DNA of 64,000 nucleotides from a virus: positions 1-64,000 of IMG/VR virus record IMGVR_UViG_3300006217_000030. The stretch is one strand, 5' to 3'. Below are positions 18,452 through 28,290 of the stretch, in pieces. A model generated the notes under the pieces. The model saw only the letters and a list, made by a program, of their open reading frames with translations, did not search any database and was not told where the DNA came from. Within the stretch, counting starts at the first letter, position 1; the number at the start of each line of letters is the position of its first letter. A program made the position numbers and the translations under genes.

Positions 18452-20041
18452 TTATTTCAATATCACTTTCGCAACGCTATCTGAAATAATCTGAATCACC
18501 CTGTATGAATTTTTTGTATCTTCATCACATGCTGTGGCAATACCTTCTGAATTACAGCAACAGTATCCATTAATTTTAAGGCTTCCATCCTGCCAGACAG
18601 AAAGTACTCCAAGCATTCCAACAGGCGACCATTCTGGACGTTCAAAACGAGATACATATGTTTGTGAAGAATCATAATCAGGATTTAACTTAGGACGCAT
18701 TTCATATACTATATCACCATTCTCATCAACAACTTCTTGCTCAACAACTTCTCTATTTTCATTCTCCTGCAATTCAGTTTTAGGAACTTCTTCGTATATT
18801 GTACGGTTGAAATCATCTTTAAGGTACATTCCGTTCCATGTATCACAGTCTCCATTTCCTAATACAAATGGTTCACCAGACACAATGCCTAAAATATAAT
18901 TTTCATTTGACGTTGCAATGGATATCTTATCCCCGTTTATTGTTACAAATTTACCAACCCTGTCTTCTTTGTCAGGGTTTCTGTCTTCCCATTCAAAAAA
19001 TTCTGCATAGTCTGCTGTTGTAGATGATGTAATGGTTGATTGTGCTTTTACCACTCCATCGTAATCAACGGAAAATGCATTATGTCTTATAAGAATAGCA
19101 TTACTAGAATTGTATGAGCCGTTTCCTATGGAGAACAAAACATCTTTCTCTACATTGCAAGTACCACAAGCAAAATTATTCTCTCCTTTTGCTATTGCTC
19201 TATATCCAGAAGCATGAGAACCTGTACCTATGGCTTTTGTGTATCGACCTTCCGCATGAGAACCTGTACCTCTGGCGTCTGTGTAAATACCTTCCGCATG
19301 AGAAAAATCTCCTAATGCTTCTGTGAAATCACCTTCCGCATGAGCTGCTTCTGCATTAGCTTTTGTGCATAGACCTTCCGCATGGGAATAATTACCACTA
19401 GCTTCAACATTACGACCAAAGGCAAAACTTTTTTCCCCAATAGCAGTACCCTCTTTTCTTCCAAAACTGACAGAATCATCACCATAAATGCTCTTTATGG
19501 CGTATGTATCACTAATCTTATTGCCATGACTATCTTTTGTAGCTTTTACAGCACTTGCTACACTCTTTTCGCTATCCGCAGTATTATCAACATTGTCCAG
19601 TCCGATATCTTTTGGGGAAATTGTAACATTTCCGGTTCTAAATTCACTTTCAGCAGAGCCTTTTATTCCGCTTACACCACTGGCAACAGGGGAAGTGGAA
19701 GAGCTGTCATCATTATTGTCACTGTTATCACCGCCCGTTGTGCCATTATTTGTACCATTTATGCCATATATTGTTACACTGTAATTGTCTGCTGCCGAAG
19801 GAGCAATGGAAAATATAATATTGACAGTATTATTATCTACAATATTGTAATCTGTAAAAATCAACCCATCTTCATCATTCATCTCAAACAGAATATCTTC
19901 TGTATCCAAATTATGTTTAATGGTAAAAACAGTTTTTACTCCGTCACCTGTTATAGTTGTGGCATATTTCTTTAAGGATTGCCCATTTGAACCGCCATCT
20001 ACACGGACAATCTCACTTTGTTTTGTCTTATATAAAATCAT
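18452..20041 (-). CDS. Tail fibre / receptor-binding protein with 14-aa tandem SHAEG repeats
   Basis: Repeats of the form ..SHAEGxYTxAxGxG (HAEGDFTEALGDFS / HAEGIYTDARGTGS / HAEGRYTKAIGTGS / HASGYRAIAKGENN). Gly/Asn/Thr-rich N-terminal region. Confidence 0.5.
   Translation of the reverse strand: MILYKTKQSEIVRVDGGSNGQSLKKYATTITGDGVKTVFTIKHNLDTEDILFEMNDEDGLIFTDYNIVDNNTVNIIFSIAPSAADNYSVTIYGINGTNNGTTGGDNSDNNDDSSSTSPVASGVSGIKGSAESEFRTGNVTISPKDIGLDNVDNTADSEKSVASAVKATKDSHGNKISDTYAIKSIYGDDSVSFGRKEGTAIGEKSFAFGRNVEASGNYSHAEGLCTKANAEAAHAEGDFTEALGDFSHAEGIYTDARGTGSHAEGRYTKAIGTGSHASGYRAIAKGENNFACGTCNVEKDVLFSIGNGSYNSSNAILIRHNAFSVDYDGVVKAQSTITSSTTADYAEFFEWEDRNPDKEDRVGKFVTINGDKISIATSNENYILGIVSGEPFVLGNGDCDTWNGMYLKDDFNRTIYEEVPKTELQENENREVVEQEVVDENGDIVYEMRPKLNPDYDSSQTYVSRFERPEWSPVGMLGVLSVWQDGSLKINGYCCCNSEGIATACDEDTKNSYRVIQIISDSVAKVILK
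19210..19380 (-). repeat. Intragenic tandem DNA repeat, ~42-nt period, 4 units (ccttccgcatgag...), encoding the 14-aa SHAEG repeats
   Basis: Directly visible repeated ccttccgcatgag at 19248, 19290, 19333 and 19375. Confidence 0.6.
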
Positions 20042-20130
20042 ATATTTTCACCTGCCTTAAATTATTAGCGTAAGATTTTGCTATTTATATTTATTTGGTA
20101 ACAAATACAAAGTATACGGTATTCTTTTAT

Positions 20131-21795
20131 TTATGCTTCAATGCAGACGAGTGTATAACCACTGATAGTTGACAATTGTTGATATATATCATATATATCT
20201 GTCCATGTTATACCATCATTAGATTTTAATATAAAGCGTCTACTTCTTGCTATTATTGTATTATTATGTTTGACTGCTGTATTTATATAATGGTCAGAAT
20301 CAAGAGGGGTTATATGGTAATCACTACCATCTTCTTTACAAGATAATACATAATCATAATTGATAAAGACTAATCTATTATTTACAAATATTATTGAAAA
20401 AAATGAGGGGGCAACCATAAAATATGCACTAGTAGAAATGTCCAATATTTTAGTCCAAGATATTGCATTACTTGATTTATAAAGTATGAATGTTTTAATA
20501 TCCTCTTTCCTAAAATTAGTTGCATAGCCAGCTAAAAAGAAGTTTCCGTTTACATAAAATGCCCTATATTGATGATTTGTATCTAATCCTGAAATTGCTG
20601 TCCAGTTTTTCCCATTTGTTGAATAATAACTATGCCCATGATTGCCAGCAGCAAGATATAAATTCTTTGTATTGTTGTATACGAAATTTATAATATTATA
20701 TTCTGCGTCAATTACTGGTTCTGTAAAATCCCCTGGATATGCTTCTCTCTCCCTAGTTGATACTGGAATATCTGTTACATTCCAGTTTATACCGCCATCA
20801 ATGGAATAAAAAGAATTATTATATGTACCTCCAATTAATAATATGTTTGTATTACCATATATGCATCCACAATTTTCTGGAATAGTACAATGAACATCCC
20901 ATTGTTTTAGTGTATTACTCTTATAAATTTTTTTTTCATCTCTAACCAGCGCAAAATAGTTATCTTCTATTTTCTGTAGGCTATTACATGCATTAAATGG
21001 AACAATTGGAAAAGGTTCGGCAAGCCTTTTCCAATTATATCCTCCGTCTATAGAGTAATGTGAATATCCACGTCCTCCAACAAGAACCAATGTGCCGATT
21101 TCAAATGCTGTATTACTATTATCAGGACTGTCGCTACCAGAACTATCCATATCCACTTCTTTAATACAAATTAGTGTTTCATCCTCGATCTTCCCCGCAT
21201 CTAGTTCCTTCTTAAAATCTTCATATGTGTCAAAATAAAGAATCTTCCCATTCCCAATTTCCCCACTGTCAAGCAGTCCCTTTATCTGTTCATAGTAATA
21301 CTTTGAGTTATCCTCTGCATCACCTTCACGCACTTCATTATCTGTGCCGACAGCATATGATTTTGAAAGCAAAGCCCATTTTTCAGCTTCTTCAACTAAT
21401 CCGGATACGGTTTTAATGTCATCTGCCGTGTTATTTCCTGGGGAATTAATGACTTTAATTACAAATGGGAAGGTAGTAAGTTGTGTACTATTTTCTGTAA
21501 ATATAAGGACAAGTTTCAGAATCCCGTCATACATAAGCATATCTTCTGTAAGAGTAAAGGTAACAGTATTTACCGTATGACTGTCCACGTTTTTTTGAAT
21601 CGTTAAGCCAACCGGATTCTCACCTTTCAGCTTTATGTTATTTGTACTAATGGTATATAATTTGTTGACATCATACAATGTGGCAGTGATTTCAAATGAT
21701 TTGTTATCCCCCTGCATAGCGCAGATTAACTCAAAATTATTTGGCTGTCCGACATTTAATGATATTTCTTTCTTTACTATTTCCAAAATTTTCAC
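20131..21795 (-). CDS. Receptor-binding protein with a BNR-repeat (sialidase-like beta-propeller) C-terminal domain
   Basis: Multiple S-x-D-x-G-x-(T/N)-W motifs: YSIDGGYNWKRL, YSIDGGINWNV, YSTNGKNWTAI, KSNDGITWTDI. Confidence 0.5.
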   Translation of the reverse strand: MKILEIVKKEISLNVGQPNNFELICAMQGDNKSFEITATLYDVNKLYTISTNNIKLKGENPVGLTIQKNVDSHTVNTVTFTLTEDMLMYDGILKLVLIFTENSTQLTTFPFVIKVINSPGNNTADDIKTVSGLVEEAEKWALLSKSYAVGTDNEVREGDAEDNSKYYYEQIKGLLDSGEIGNGKILYFDTYEDFKKELDAGKIEDETLICIKEVDMDSSGSDSPDNSNTAFEIGTLVLVGGRGYSHYSIDGGYNWKRLAEPFPIVPFNACNSLQKIEDNYFALVRDEKKIYKSNTLKQWDVHCTIPENCGCIYGNTNILLIGGTYNNSFYSIDGGINWNVTDIPVSTREREAYPGDFTEPVIDAEYNIINFVYNNTKNLYLAAGNHGHSYYSTNGKNWTAISGLDTNHQYRAFYVNGNFFLAGYATNFRKEDIKTFILYKSSNAISWTKILDISTSAYFMVAPSFFSIIFVNNRLVFINYDYVLSCKEDGSDYHITPLDSDHYINTAVKHNNTIIARSRRFILKSNDGITWTDIYDIYQQLSTISGYTLVCIEA

Positions 21796-21817
21796 CTCAC
21801 TAAAATAGGGCTGTTAG

Positions 21818-24800
21818 CTATGACAGCCCATGCTTCTGCAATATTTCTTCTAATTTCTCAAATTTGCCTGAAAGTTCATTTACTTGCTTTTTTAGGTTCT
21901 TAATTTCTGTATCTTTTTCATGTATTGTATTTGTTTGTTCTGTAACCATTTCATACAATGCCTGAATTGATGCTACTATAGGAGCTTCAAATTCATCATA
22001 TTTCAAGCCCCATGATAATTTAGAATCGTCAACAGAATCATTAAAATATTCCTCTGCTCCATCATCAGTAATAACAGAAGCTCCATATAATGCTAAATCA
22101 CCCATGTCAAGGTCTTTTGCTGCCTGCGCTACATGTTGTGCCCCAAACCCCATATGAATACGTTTGGAAGTGCTATTCTTAAAAGTATATTCAATTGGTT
22201 TAAGTGTATTGATAAAATTTAATGACTTCTGTTTGTTCATAATACTGATAACATCTTTTTGCTTAAGATCAGAAGTGGAGTTAATATTTGTTGCATGTAT
22301 TTCATTCCATGGGAATGTTATTGTGCCTAATGCGCTTTTTTCACATGCCTGCTCAATTCCATTCTCATCATGGGTATCTGCACGGAAAACCAGACGTTTA
22401 TTAGGAACACCACCGCTGCTTGTGGAACCGTATTCACCAAAAACGGAAAAGTAATAGATTTCATCATCACCGTTATATACTTTACAATGAAAAGCTTTGT
22501 TATCAGAGCCTGTTGAGCTACTTTCGCAATACAGGGCATCTCCTTGTCCGTAATTTGTAACCCGTAATGCTGGAGATGTATCGCTATGCCCAGTAATAAC
22601 AACACTATCATCTATAGTATTAACACCCAATAAGTATTCTCTGTCACCTCGTTCTGAGTTCATGCCTGCTTCGCTTCGGGCATAAATGCCGCACTGAGAA
22701 ATATCAGTATATCCCAAGTTGTCAACAAACCCATTACTGTCGTATAAACCAAATGACCACTTGCCATCATGCATGAAAGAGCAAAAACTTTCATTGATAT
22801 TAGAAGTTTTCTTATAAGAGGCAATCTGCATATTGTTTGGATCTGATTTTAAATAAATGCAGGAAGATCCGTTGTTGTTCATTGAATAGATTAAGTCATC
22901 TTTAATTTTCCAACCACCAATTTCTGCCTTCTTGATCCGAAGCAATTCATTCTCATCTAAATTATAGCTGAGTATTTCATTGTTGCTTTCATCATATACT
23001 TCTATAAACTTTTCTTCTAAATTGATGCACATTCCACTCTCACGAGGAGAATAATCTTCTGACTGTAATATACTTGTAATAATTCCTGCTGTAATCTTTA
23101 ATTTTCCGTTTCCGTCAGAATTGAAATCGAATATATTCTTTTCACCATCATTAATAACCATAGATGGTTTTGCTGGATCAAGCATAATGTGTTTCCCTGT
23201 TTCGCTACCAACCAATACATAACCAGAAAATTTCCCCGTACCATCAATAACTAAGCCATCAGTAGGAGAGTAGTGCATATAAATATGCTTATTTCCATTT
23301 ACTATCTTTGAAATAGAGAATGATGGAGTTCTTGCATCAATTTCAATAGTATTATCATTACAGACAATATGAAATCCGTTATCATCAATAGTATAAGTGC
23401 CAGATTTATTATAGATTTTCAACAACTCCGACATAATCAGTCTTGCAATTAATACCTCTGCATTTAATCCATAAGCCCATTTATATTGTTTTTCGTCATC
23501 ATCATAATAATAGATTTTCCCAAGTGCTAAACGGGTATGTTTCCAGCTATCAGAAGTGAAACATAGAAGATTATTAATCATGCGAATTTGTTCTCTATCG
23601 TATGCATTTTCGATATCATTCCATACACGCCCGGTTATCCCATATCGGTCAATCACAAACTCCTGATTATCAGCATTCGTAATCATGGTATTGGCAACAT
23701 CCAGCCCGGCTTCTTTCATGATAGCAAATTCCTGGTTTGTCATGTATCCTTTCTCAGCCTGTCTTGATACGGAATTAAAGTTTGTTGCAATGGAAGCTGC
23801 CTGTTGGAACAGGCTTTTCAAATCTGTCATTGGATTATTGGACTTTGTAACATCAGAAAATTCCACACTGATATGTGATAAATCAGAATAATCGAATGTA
23901 ATGGAAATCAGGCGCAGTTTGTAGATATCATTATCGACCTGTATGCGAATCCAGTTGCCAAGGGTAAAGTCGTCCCACAATGGTTTAAATTCCTGCATGG
24001 TTAGGAGGTTGCCGATTGTTGTATTGATGGAATAGCTGATTTCACATGCTCTTTCCAATTCTTCCGTGGCTCTCTTAATCAATCCTTCTACATTCTTAAT
24101 TATTTCTTCGTATTTTACTCCATCCCCAATATAATTATCATTTCTATAAGTATCTTCCCTTTTGAAAGAGCATAACTCAATCCAGAGGTCATCTCTGTAA
24201 GAACTATTATTATAATTCTTTAGAAAATTTTCCATATTGCATATTGATTTAATTTCTTTTATTCTATTTTCATATGAATCTCTTTCACTGCTAATAGAGT
24301 TTATCCTGCTTTCAAGATAAGCCATTCTCTCATCAAGTATTACAATACGGTCGTAATATTTTTTCAGCAAATCATTATAAATACCGGATTGATTTCCATT
24401 AGGATTGATATACTTTAACGTGCCAGCGTTATCAGAAGATATCTGTTCACTGTGCTTTGCAATAATCTGACTGCATGATTCGTATGCATCACGGAAAGAT
24501 TTCAGCCGGTTATAACAATATTTTGTATAATGGATAGGAGATAATTTTTGTGGGTCGTTTTCTCCATCATAACTTGCAGATACCCGTGGCTCAAAAGAAA
24601 TAACATCATCTGTCATCTCACTTTTTTCAAGTGACATTTCAAGTTGCTGTTTTAAATACATAAAATAGTCTGTTGTAAAAACTGAATTATCAGCAGAATT
24701 ATTATAATAAATACACCATCCATCTTTTACAGAAAGCGAGACAGAAGCAGTGTATTCATCATTCTGTGTTGTATCATCCTTATATGCATCTTTTAGCCAT

Positions 24801-26086
24801 ATATGGGAAGAAAAAGAAATGTTTGAATTTGATGAGCCTGTTAAAGATAACTCAATATCATATTCATTTGGCATAATCTGTTTTGCAAATGTTTTTATAG
24901 ACCTGAGTACACTATCATAAGTTTGATTCTCAGAAGATTTACAAGCATATGATATTTTTCCTCCGGCACCAAATAATTCTTCGTGTATTGACCTTGCTGT
25001 TGTATTAGACGAAGCCAAACTTGGCATCATTTCTGACTGGTAATACAATATTTTATCAACGCATTCGTTATATCTGTCCCATAAATTATTATATTCATTC
25101 TGATAAGAATTTACTAACGTATCATGTTCTATTAATGCCTTCTGGAGAGGTTCTGACATCTGTGATGTTTGGTCTGGTGAAAATATCCACATATAATTTC
25201 CATCCATCAGTCTGTCACCAATTAAATTAGTGATAATGTCATCAGCACCTTCAATCTTAAAGCAGTTCTTTACAGAATCTTTATCTCCTGTTAAAGTAAC
25301 AGATTCAACAAGATTCTGATTATCAATAAATACTCCTGTGTCTTTCCCATAACCATATGTAATATAATCAGAAGAGTGACAGTGCTGGCATACACCATCT
25401 TTTACCTTTCTATAGTTTCCGGCTGTAATACAAGATTGTCTGTTACAGTGGTCTTTTAGGTCATAACAATTAATTTCCCGTTTGAAATTATCAAAAATAA
25501 AAATACATTCAAGTTCCTCAGCTACAGTCTGTAAGAAATCGTATACCGTTTGGTCATTACAAGAAAAAGTTTTTTGTATACAGGCAACAGAAGCGTCTAT
25601 GTGTCCAATGGTATAGTGTGGCATAGATTTAAATATTCTATGCAGCAATGAGCCTTCTGTATTATTTTGATCATATATTACAGTTTTGACATAATCTTCT
25701 CTGGCAATGTCATCTTCCGTATTGATTTCCAGTGTAACTTTTGTCTGTGAAGTTTCTGCTTCCCCAAGGGATATTCCTGTAACTTGCTTATAAGCACATT
25801 CTTCAACTGTAAGCGGAGTTGCAATTTCAAAATACCCTTTTCCTTCCACAAGAATAATCTGTATATCATTAACCTTATACCAAAATGGATTTATTTCCCC
25901 ATTGTTATTCTTATATATTTTAAAACTGACTTCATCATTCTGATTTAATCGCATTACAGCATGCAAATCTTCAATTGGGTATAATTCTCCCTGTATATTT
26001 AATGTCCTGTCACAGATAAATACTTTATCCTGTTCAACAGAACCATCTAAATTTACAATAAATTGACTCATCTTATGGCAGCACAC
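21818..26086 (-). CDS. Tail-associated lysin / tail fibre (Tal-like, 1422 aa) with a peptidase-S74 intramolecular-chaperone domain near the C-terminus
   Basis: Position directly after Dit and its size. C-terminal region TSDLKQKDVISIMNK...HMGFGAQHVAQ matches the S74 chaperone signature. Terminal coiled coil. Confidence 0.65.
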   Translation of the reverse strand: MCCHKMSQFIVNLDGSVEQDKVFICDRTLNIQGELYPIEDLHAVMRLNQNDEVSFKIYKNNNGEINPFWYKVNDIQIILVEGKGYFEIATPLTVEECAYKQVTGISLGEAETSQTKVTLEINTEDDIAREDYVKTVIYDQNNTEGSLLHRIFKSMPHYTIGHIDASVACIQKTFSCNDQTVYDFLQTVAEELECIFIFDNFKREINCYDLKDHCNRQSCITAGNYRKVKDGVCQHCHSSDYITYGYGKDTGVFIDNQNLVESVTLTGDKDSVKNCFKIEGADDIITNLIGDRLMDGNYMWIFSPDQTSQMSEPLQKALIEHDTLVNSYQNEYNNLWDRYNECVDKILYYQSEMMPSLASSNTTARSIHEELFGAGGKISYACKSSENQTYDSVLRSIKTFAKQIMPNEYDIELSLTGSSNSNISFSSHIWLKDAYKDDTTQNDEYTASVSLSVKDGWCIYYNNSADNSVFTTDYFMYLKQQLEMSLEKSEMTDDVISFEPRVSASYDGENDPQKLSPIHYTKYCYNRLKSFRDAYESCSQIIAKHSEQISSDNAGTLKYINPNGNQSGIYNDLLKKYYDRIVILDERMAYLESRINSISSERDSYENRIKEIKSICNMENFLKNYNNSSYRDDLWIELCSFKREDTYRNDNYIGDGVKYEEIIKNVEGLIKRATEELERACEISYSINTTIGNLLTMQEFKPLWDDFTLGNWIRIQVDNDIYKLRLISITFDYSDLSHISVEFSDVTKSNNPMTDLKSLFQQAASIATNFNSVSRQAEKGYMTNQEFAIMKEAGLDVANTMITNADNQEFVIDRYGITGRVWNDIENAYDREQIRMINNLLCFTSDSWKHTRLALGKIYYYDDDEKQYKWAYGLNAEVLIARLIMSELLKIYNKSGTYTIDDNGFHIVCNDNTIEIDARTPSFSISKIVNGNKHIYMHYSPTDGLVIDGTGKFSGYVLVGSETGKHIMLDPAKPSMVINDGEKNIFDFNSDGNGKLKITAGIITSILQSEDYSPRESGMCINLEEKFIEVYDESNNEILSYNLDENELLRIKKAEIGGWKIKDDLIYSMNNNGSSCIYLKSDPNNMQIASYKKTSNINESFCSFMHDGKWSFGLYDSNGFVDNLGYTDISQCGIYARSEAGMNSERGDREYLLGVNTIDDSVVITGHSDTSPALRVTNYGQGDALYCESSSTGSDNKAFHCKVYNGDDEIYYFSVFGEYGSTSSGGVPNKRLVFRADTHDENGIEQACEKSALGTITFPWNEIHATNINSTSDLKQKDVISIMNKQKSLNFINTLKPIEYTFKNSTSKRIHMGFGAQHVAQAAKDLDMGDLALYGASVITDDGAEEYFNDSVDDSKLSWGLKYDEFEAPIVASIQALYEMVTEQTNTIHEKDTEIKNLKKQVNELSGKFEKLEEILQKHGLS

Positions 26087-26939
26087 TCCTTATTGTTCTA
26101 TAATGAAAAGACAGGTTGCAACTACCACCTGTCACAGTAAATACATTTTTTCTTGTTTCGTTTAATTCTGAAAAATTTATCAATCTCGGATATTTGAAAT
26201 TAAAGTCATTGTTAATATTTTCTCTTGTATGTACAGTATTTTTATTTGTTGCTATCATATGGTTAGCAATTGTAATATGTTCACCATTTTTACAGTTATT
26301 TATCTGTGTTGTGTATTGAATAGTGGGAGAGTAGAGTGTATCCAAATTATTTTTTATCTGTAACTTTTTAGCATCAGAAGTCATTAAAATATCAATTTCA
26401 TCGAAATATAAAGCACCTGTTTTATCACTATCGTTATAGATAGTAAATGAGCTTCCATTACTACATGATGCTTCAAATGTTTGTATATCACTGTATCCAA
26501 ATGGAGCATCGCAGGTAACATCTATCTGTGCCCCAACAATTTTTCCGGTCACACGTATCCATTGTAATTTATTCTGAGTACGAAAGAATGTATTTTCGTA
26601 TCCTTCGTAACCACCTTGAAAAAATCGTAGTAATTTATATCCATCTGTTCGTACCAGCCATCTAAGTAAAAAAGCACAGTTCTGTTGAGATAATTCATAA
26701 TTCCTGTCTTTATTAATACTACAATCAAATTTTCCGATTTGGAAACTTGTTGTTAATGGTGTTTCATATTTGCTTCCATGAAAATTCCACGAATATGAAT
26801 TCACTGGCTTAGAGGTAGTAAATGTAATTTCATTTCCTGCCATGCCGACACCATCATTGGAAAAGCCATCAAAGTTTGCTATATAATATCCGAGGTCAGA
26901 TGACTTGATTCCATTAAATTCAAAAATGTCTGCATACAT
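26073..26939 (-). CDS. Distal tail protein (Dit)-like
   Basis: ~288 aa gene immediately upstream of Tal, overlapping it by 14 nt. Typical siphovirus Dit size and position. Confidence 0.45.
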   Translation of the reverse strand: MYADIFEFNGIKSSDLGYYIANFDGFSNDGVGMAGNEITFTTSKPVNSYSWNFHGSKYETPLTTSFQIGKFDCSINKDRNYELSQQNCAFLLRWLVRTDGYKLLRFFQGGYEGYENTFFRTQNKLQWIRVTGKIVGAQIDVTCDAPFGYSDIQTFEASCSNGSSFTIYNDSDKTGALYFDEIDILMTSDAKKLQIKNNLDTLYSPTIQYTTQINNCKNGEHITIANHMIATNKNTVHTRENINNDFNFKYPRLINFSELNETRKNVFTVTGGSCNLSFHYRTIRSVLP

Positions 26940-26962
26940 CTATAATACCTCCAATTAATTTT

Positions 26963-27223
26963 TTATATTCCAAAGATTCTTCTCGTCTTTAGTCTTAAAA
27001 GCATCATTCTATATTTCCATCTGTTTTTAATACCAGTAATTTTTAGTTTGTCAAGTTCAACATACTTCTCGTACAATTTATCTATTATACTGGAATAACG
27101 TTCAATTTCTGATAATATATTTTCACTGATTTCTTCGTTGTTTATTTCATGCAATCTATTATTTTCATCCATTAATCTTTTATTATCGTTTACCAATAGT
27201 TCAATTTTTCTCTTTTTTGTCAT
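26963..27223 (-). CDS. hypothetical coiled-coil protein (86 aa)
   Basis: ORF. K/E/R-rich helical composition. Confidence 0.3.
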   Translation of the reverse strand: MTKKRKIELLVNDNKRLMDENNRLHEINNEEISENILSEIERYSSIIDKLYEKYVELDKLKITGIKNRWKYRMMLLRLKTRRIFGI

Positions 27224-27241
27224 ATACTCACTCCGTTTTTT

Positions 27242-27499
27242 TCATTTAGATAATTTTTTGCATAGAAAAAGAGCAGGAGAATATGTCTCTTGCTCTACAT
27301 TAAATTTACAATTACTATTTTTTAAATAATTTGTCGTAGAAATATCTATTTCTTTAGTAATGCGCCAAATGTAATTATCAGAAATTACATTTAGCACTTG
27401 ATATTTATTATTTTCCCAATTATCACTTGTGAAAGCAATACTTATATTAGAAAACGACAATCCTTTTGGAATGAAATTATTTTTATTTTTTGATGACAT
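27242..27499 (-). CDS. hypothetical protein (85 aa)
   Basis: ORF overlapping the upstream gene end by 17 nt. Confidence 0.3.
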   Translation of the reverse strand: MSSKNKNNFIPKGLSFSNISIAFTSDNWENNKYQVLNVISDNYIWRITKEIDISTTNYLKNSNCKFNVEQETYSPALFLCKKLSK

Positions 27500-28157
27500 C
27501 CTTTAATCTAATCCTTTCAAATACAACATTATTATTAATTTCAGAATCTATTATTGAACATCTTTCGAATACTTCCATTAAAATATTTTTGTATTGTCGA
27601 ATTGTTGTAAAATCGTATAGTCCTATATCATGATATTGATTAGTTAATTTTTCAAATTCTTCTTTGTGTTCAATTTTTCCAGCACTTATACATTTGTATG
27701 GAAAATCCCATTTTCTTTTTGCAACAAATATACCATTTGGTTGATTGTCATTTGGTGACAAACTAAACGTTGTGCCTTCAAATTCGTTTCCATTATAACC
27801 ACATACAATACTCATTATTTCATATGTTTTAGAATTTGATTTATCGTCATGAATCATTTTCAATTCATTAAATTTCTTTGTTATTATATATACAAACTCT
27901 TTGTATGACATAATTATATCATCGTTTAGTTTTGTTAATCCTTTTTCATTAGAGTAATTACAAAATCCCTCAAATAACTCATAATTATCTTTCACTCCAC
28001 CTGTACAACCAAAAATGATTTGACTATTTAATTTTACTAATTTATTACAACTATCAATCATTGTTCCATCTGGTTTTATTCCTCTTGTTTCAGCAGCAAC
28101 AATAATAAAATTTTCTGTAACAACAGCCTGTACTAAACTCATATGTTCTTCCTCCAA
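27483..28157 (-). CDS. HslV/proteasome-beta-like Ntn-hydrolase family protein (224 aa). Candidate moron.
   Basis: By-eye alignment to HslV: IIFGCTGGVKDNYELFEGF against VIAGFAGGTADAFTLFELF (9 of 19 identical). Upstream NKLVKLNSQI against KKVRRLYNDKV. Putative Thr nucleophile after a 13-aa propeptide (QAVV|TENFIIVAAETRG). Own promoter (TTGTAG-18-TATATAAT on the - strand, ~28178-28215) and RBS GGAGGAAGAACATATG. Confidence 0.35.
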   Translation of the reverse strand: MEEEHMSLVQAVVTENFIIVAAETRGIKPDGTMIDSCNKLVKLNSQIIFGCTGGVKDNYELFEGFCNYSNEKGLTKLNDDIIMSYKEFVYIITKKFNELKMIHDDKSNSKTYEIMSIVCGYNGNEFEGTTFSLSPNDNQPNGIFVAKRKWDFPYKCISAGKIEHKEEFEKLTNQYHDIGLYDFTTIRQYKNILMEVFERCSIIDSEINNNVVFERIRLKDVIKK

Positions 28158-28260
28158 TCATCAGTATATTATAAATTTAATTATATACCAATAATTGACA
28201 AATATCTACAAGAACGTATATTCTGAATTTTTACTTTGGTTATTGTTCATTTATTGATAA

Positions 28261-28283
28261 GAGGGCAGCATTACACCGCCCTC
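28261..28283 (-). terminator. Hairpin gagggcagcattacaccgccctc, 7 nt downstream of the TMP stop
   Basis: GC-rich 6-bp stem. Weak T tail. Separates the TMP from the promoter of the HslV-like gene. Confidence 0.35.
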
Positions 28284-28290
28284 CAAGTAA

